In this document: piece after piece, positions 19,231-20,000 of the stretch
How the letters are laid out: the number at the start of each line of letters is the position of its first letter
How positions within the stretch are numbered: position 1 is the first letter of the stretch
NCBI RefSeq assembly: GCF_000281045.1
Contig: NW_008246072.1
Coordinates: forward strand, 875,447 to 895,446
Origin: Saprolegnia diclina VS20
Lineage: Eukaryota
Direction: 5' to 3'
Length of the DNA stretch: 20,000 bases
The notes under the pieces: model-generated
Databases searched by the model: none
Told to the model about the DNA's origin: nothing
Seen by the model: the letters and a program-made list of their open reading frames with translations, nothing else
Translations under genes and position numbers: made by a program

Positions 19231-20000
19231 ATGTCGACACCAAAGCCAACGACAATACCTCAAACCGCCGACGAGTTCCTCGTCGATGGCTCGGAAGACT
19301 TTCACGAGCGCATGGCGGCGCAGCTCGAAGCCGCGATGGCCAAGCCGCTGCCGCAGATGGAAATCCGGTTCCAAGACCTCTCGGTCGCCGCCGACGTGCA
19401 AGTGGCGACCAAAGACGGCCACGAGCTCCCGACCTTGTACAACCAAGGCAAGAAGGCCATCATGCGTCTCTTCCACACCAAGCGCGTGATCCGCAAGGAC
19501 GTGTTGCATCCGATGACCGGCGTCTTCAAGCCGCGGACGATGACGCTCGTGCTCGGTCAACCCAACTCGGGCAAGTCGTCGCTCATGAAGATCCTCTCGG
19601 GTCGCTTCCCGATGCACAAGAACATTTTGGTCGGCGGCAACGTCACGTACAATGGCGTGCCGAGCGCTGACCTTCAGCACACGCTGCCGCAGTTTGCGTC
19701 GTACGTGAGCCAGCTCGACTTCCACTACGCCGTCTTGACGGTCAAAGAGACCTTGGCCTTTGCCCATGCGTGCAGCGGCGGCAACGTCGTGTCGCAGCGC
19801 GTCTTGGACTCGCTCCAGAACGGGTCGCCCGATCAAGTCGCCGAGGCCACCGCCGTCATTCACGCACTCTACCGCGCGTACCCCGGCATCATTAGCCATC
19901 AAATGGGCCTCGATATTTGCAAGGACACGATTCTTGGCAACGCCATGCTCCGCGGTGTCTCGGGCGGCGAGCGTAAGCGCGTGACGGTCGGCGAGATGGA
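19231..20000 (+). CDS. ABCG/PDR-type ABC transporter, copy C, 5' part (runs off the window; absent from the ORF track because no stop is reached)
   Basis: My translation from ATG 19231: MSTPKPTTIPQTADEFLVDGSEDFHERMAAQLEAAMAKPLPQMEIRFQDL...LVLGQPNSGKSSLMKILSGRF...LTVKETLAFAHAC...GNAMLRGVSGGERKRVTVGEM, open to the window end. Confidence 0.95.
   Translation, partial: MSTPKPTTIPQTADEFLVDGSEDFHERMAAQLEAAMAKPLPQMEIRFQDLSVAADVQVATKDGHELPTLYNQGKKAIMRLFHTKRVIRKDVLHPMTGVFKPRTMTLVLGQPNSGKSSLMKILSGRFPMHKNILVGGNVTYNGVPSADLQHTLPQFASYVSQLDFHYAVLTVKETLAFAHACSGGNVVSQRVLDSLQNGSPDQVAEATAVIHALYRAYPGIISHQMGLDICKDTILGNAMLRGVSGGERKRVTVGEM

Overview
Eukaryotic, GC3-rich genomic DNA with uniformly short (40-53 nt) GT-AG introns, oomycete-type INR/FPR and CCAAT promoter motifs and oomycete-style full-length ABCG transporters. 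It is most likely an oomycete, plausibly Saprolegniales (inference). Gene order: 5' part of porphobilinogen deaminase (hemC/HMBS, -), a spliced FANCB-like gene (+), ABCG/PDR transporter copy A (-, contains an assembly gap), an atypical CNNM/DUF21 membrane protein (-), an intron-containing AlkD-like DNA alkylation repair protein (+), ABCG/PDR copy B (+, contains a gap) and the start of copy C (+). No rRNA, tRNA, CRISPR array or intact mobile element was seen. Most noteworthy observations: a ~100-nt imperfect pre-miRNA-like hairpin between FANCB and ABCG-A; mosaic identity among the three ABCG paralogues, suggesting gene conversion; paired loss of an extracellular cysteine pair in ABCG-A; a bacterial-type AlkD-like gene nested between efflux pumps near a crosslink-repair gene; and several stop-free 3n introns. 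All family calls come from motif recognition, not database searches.
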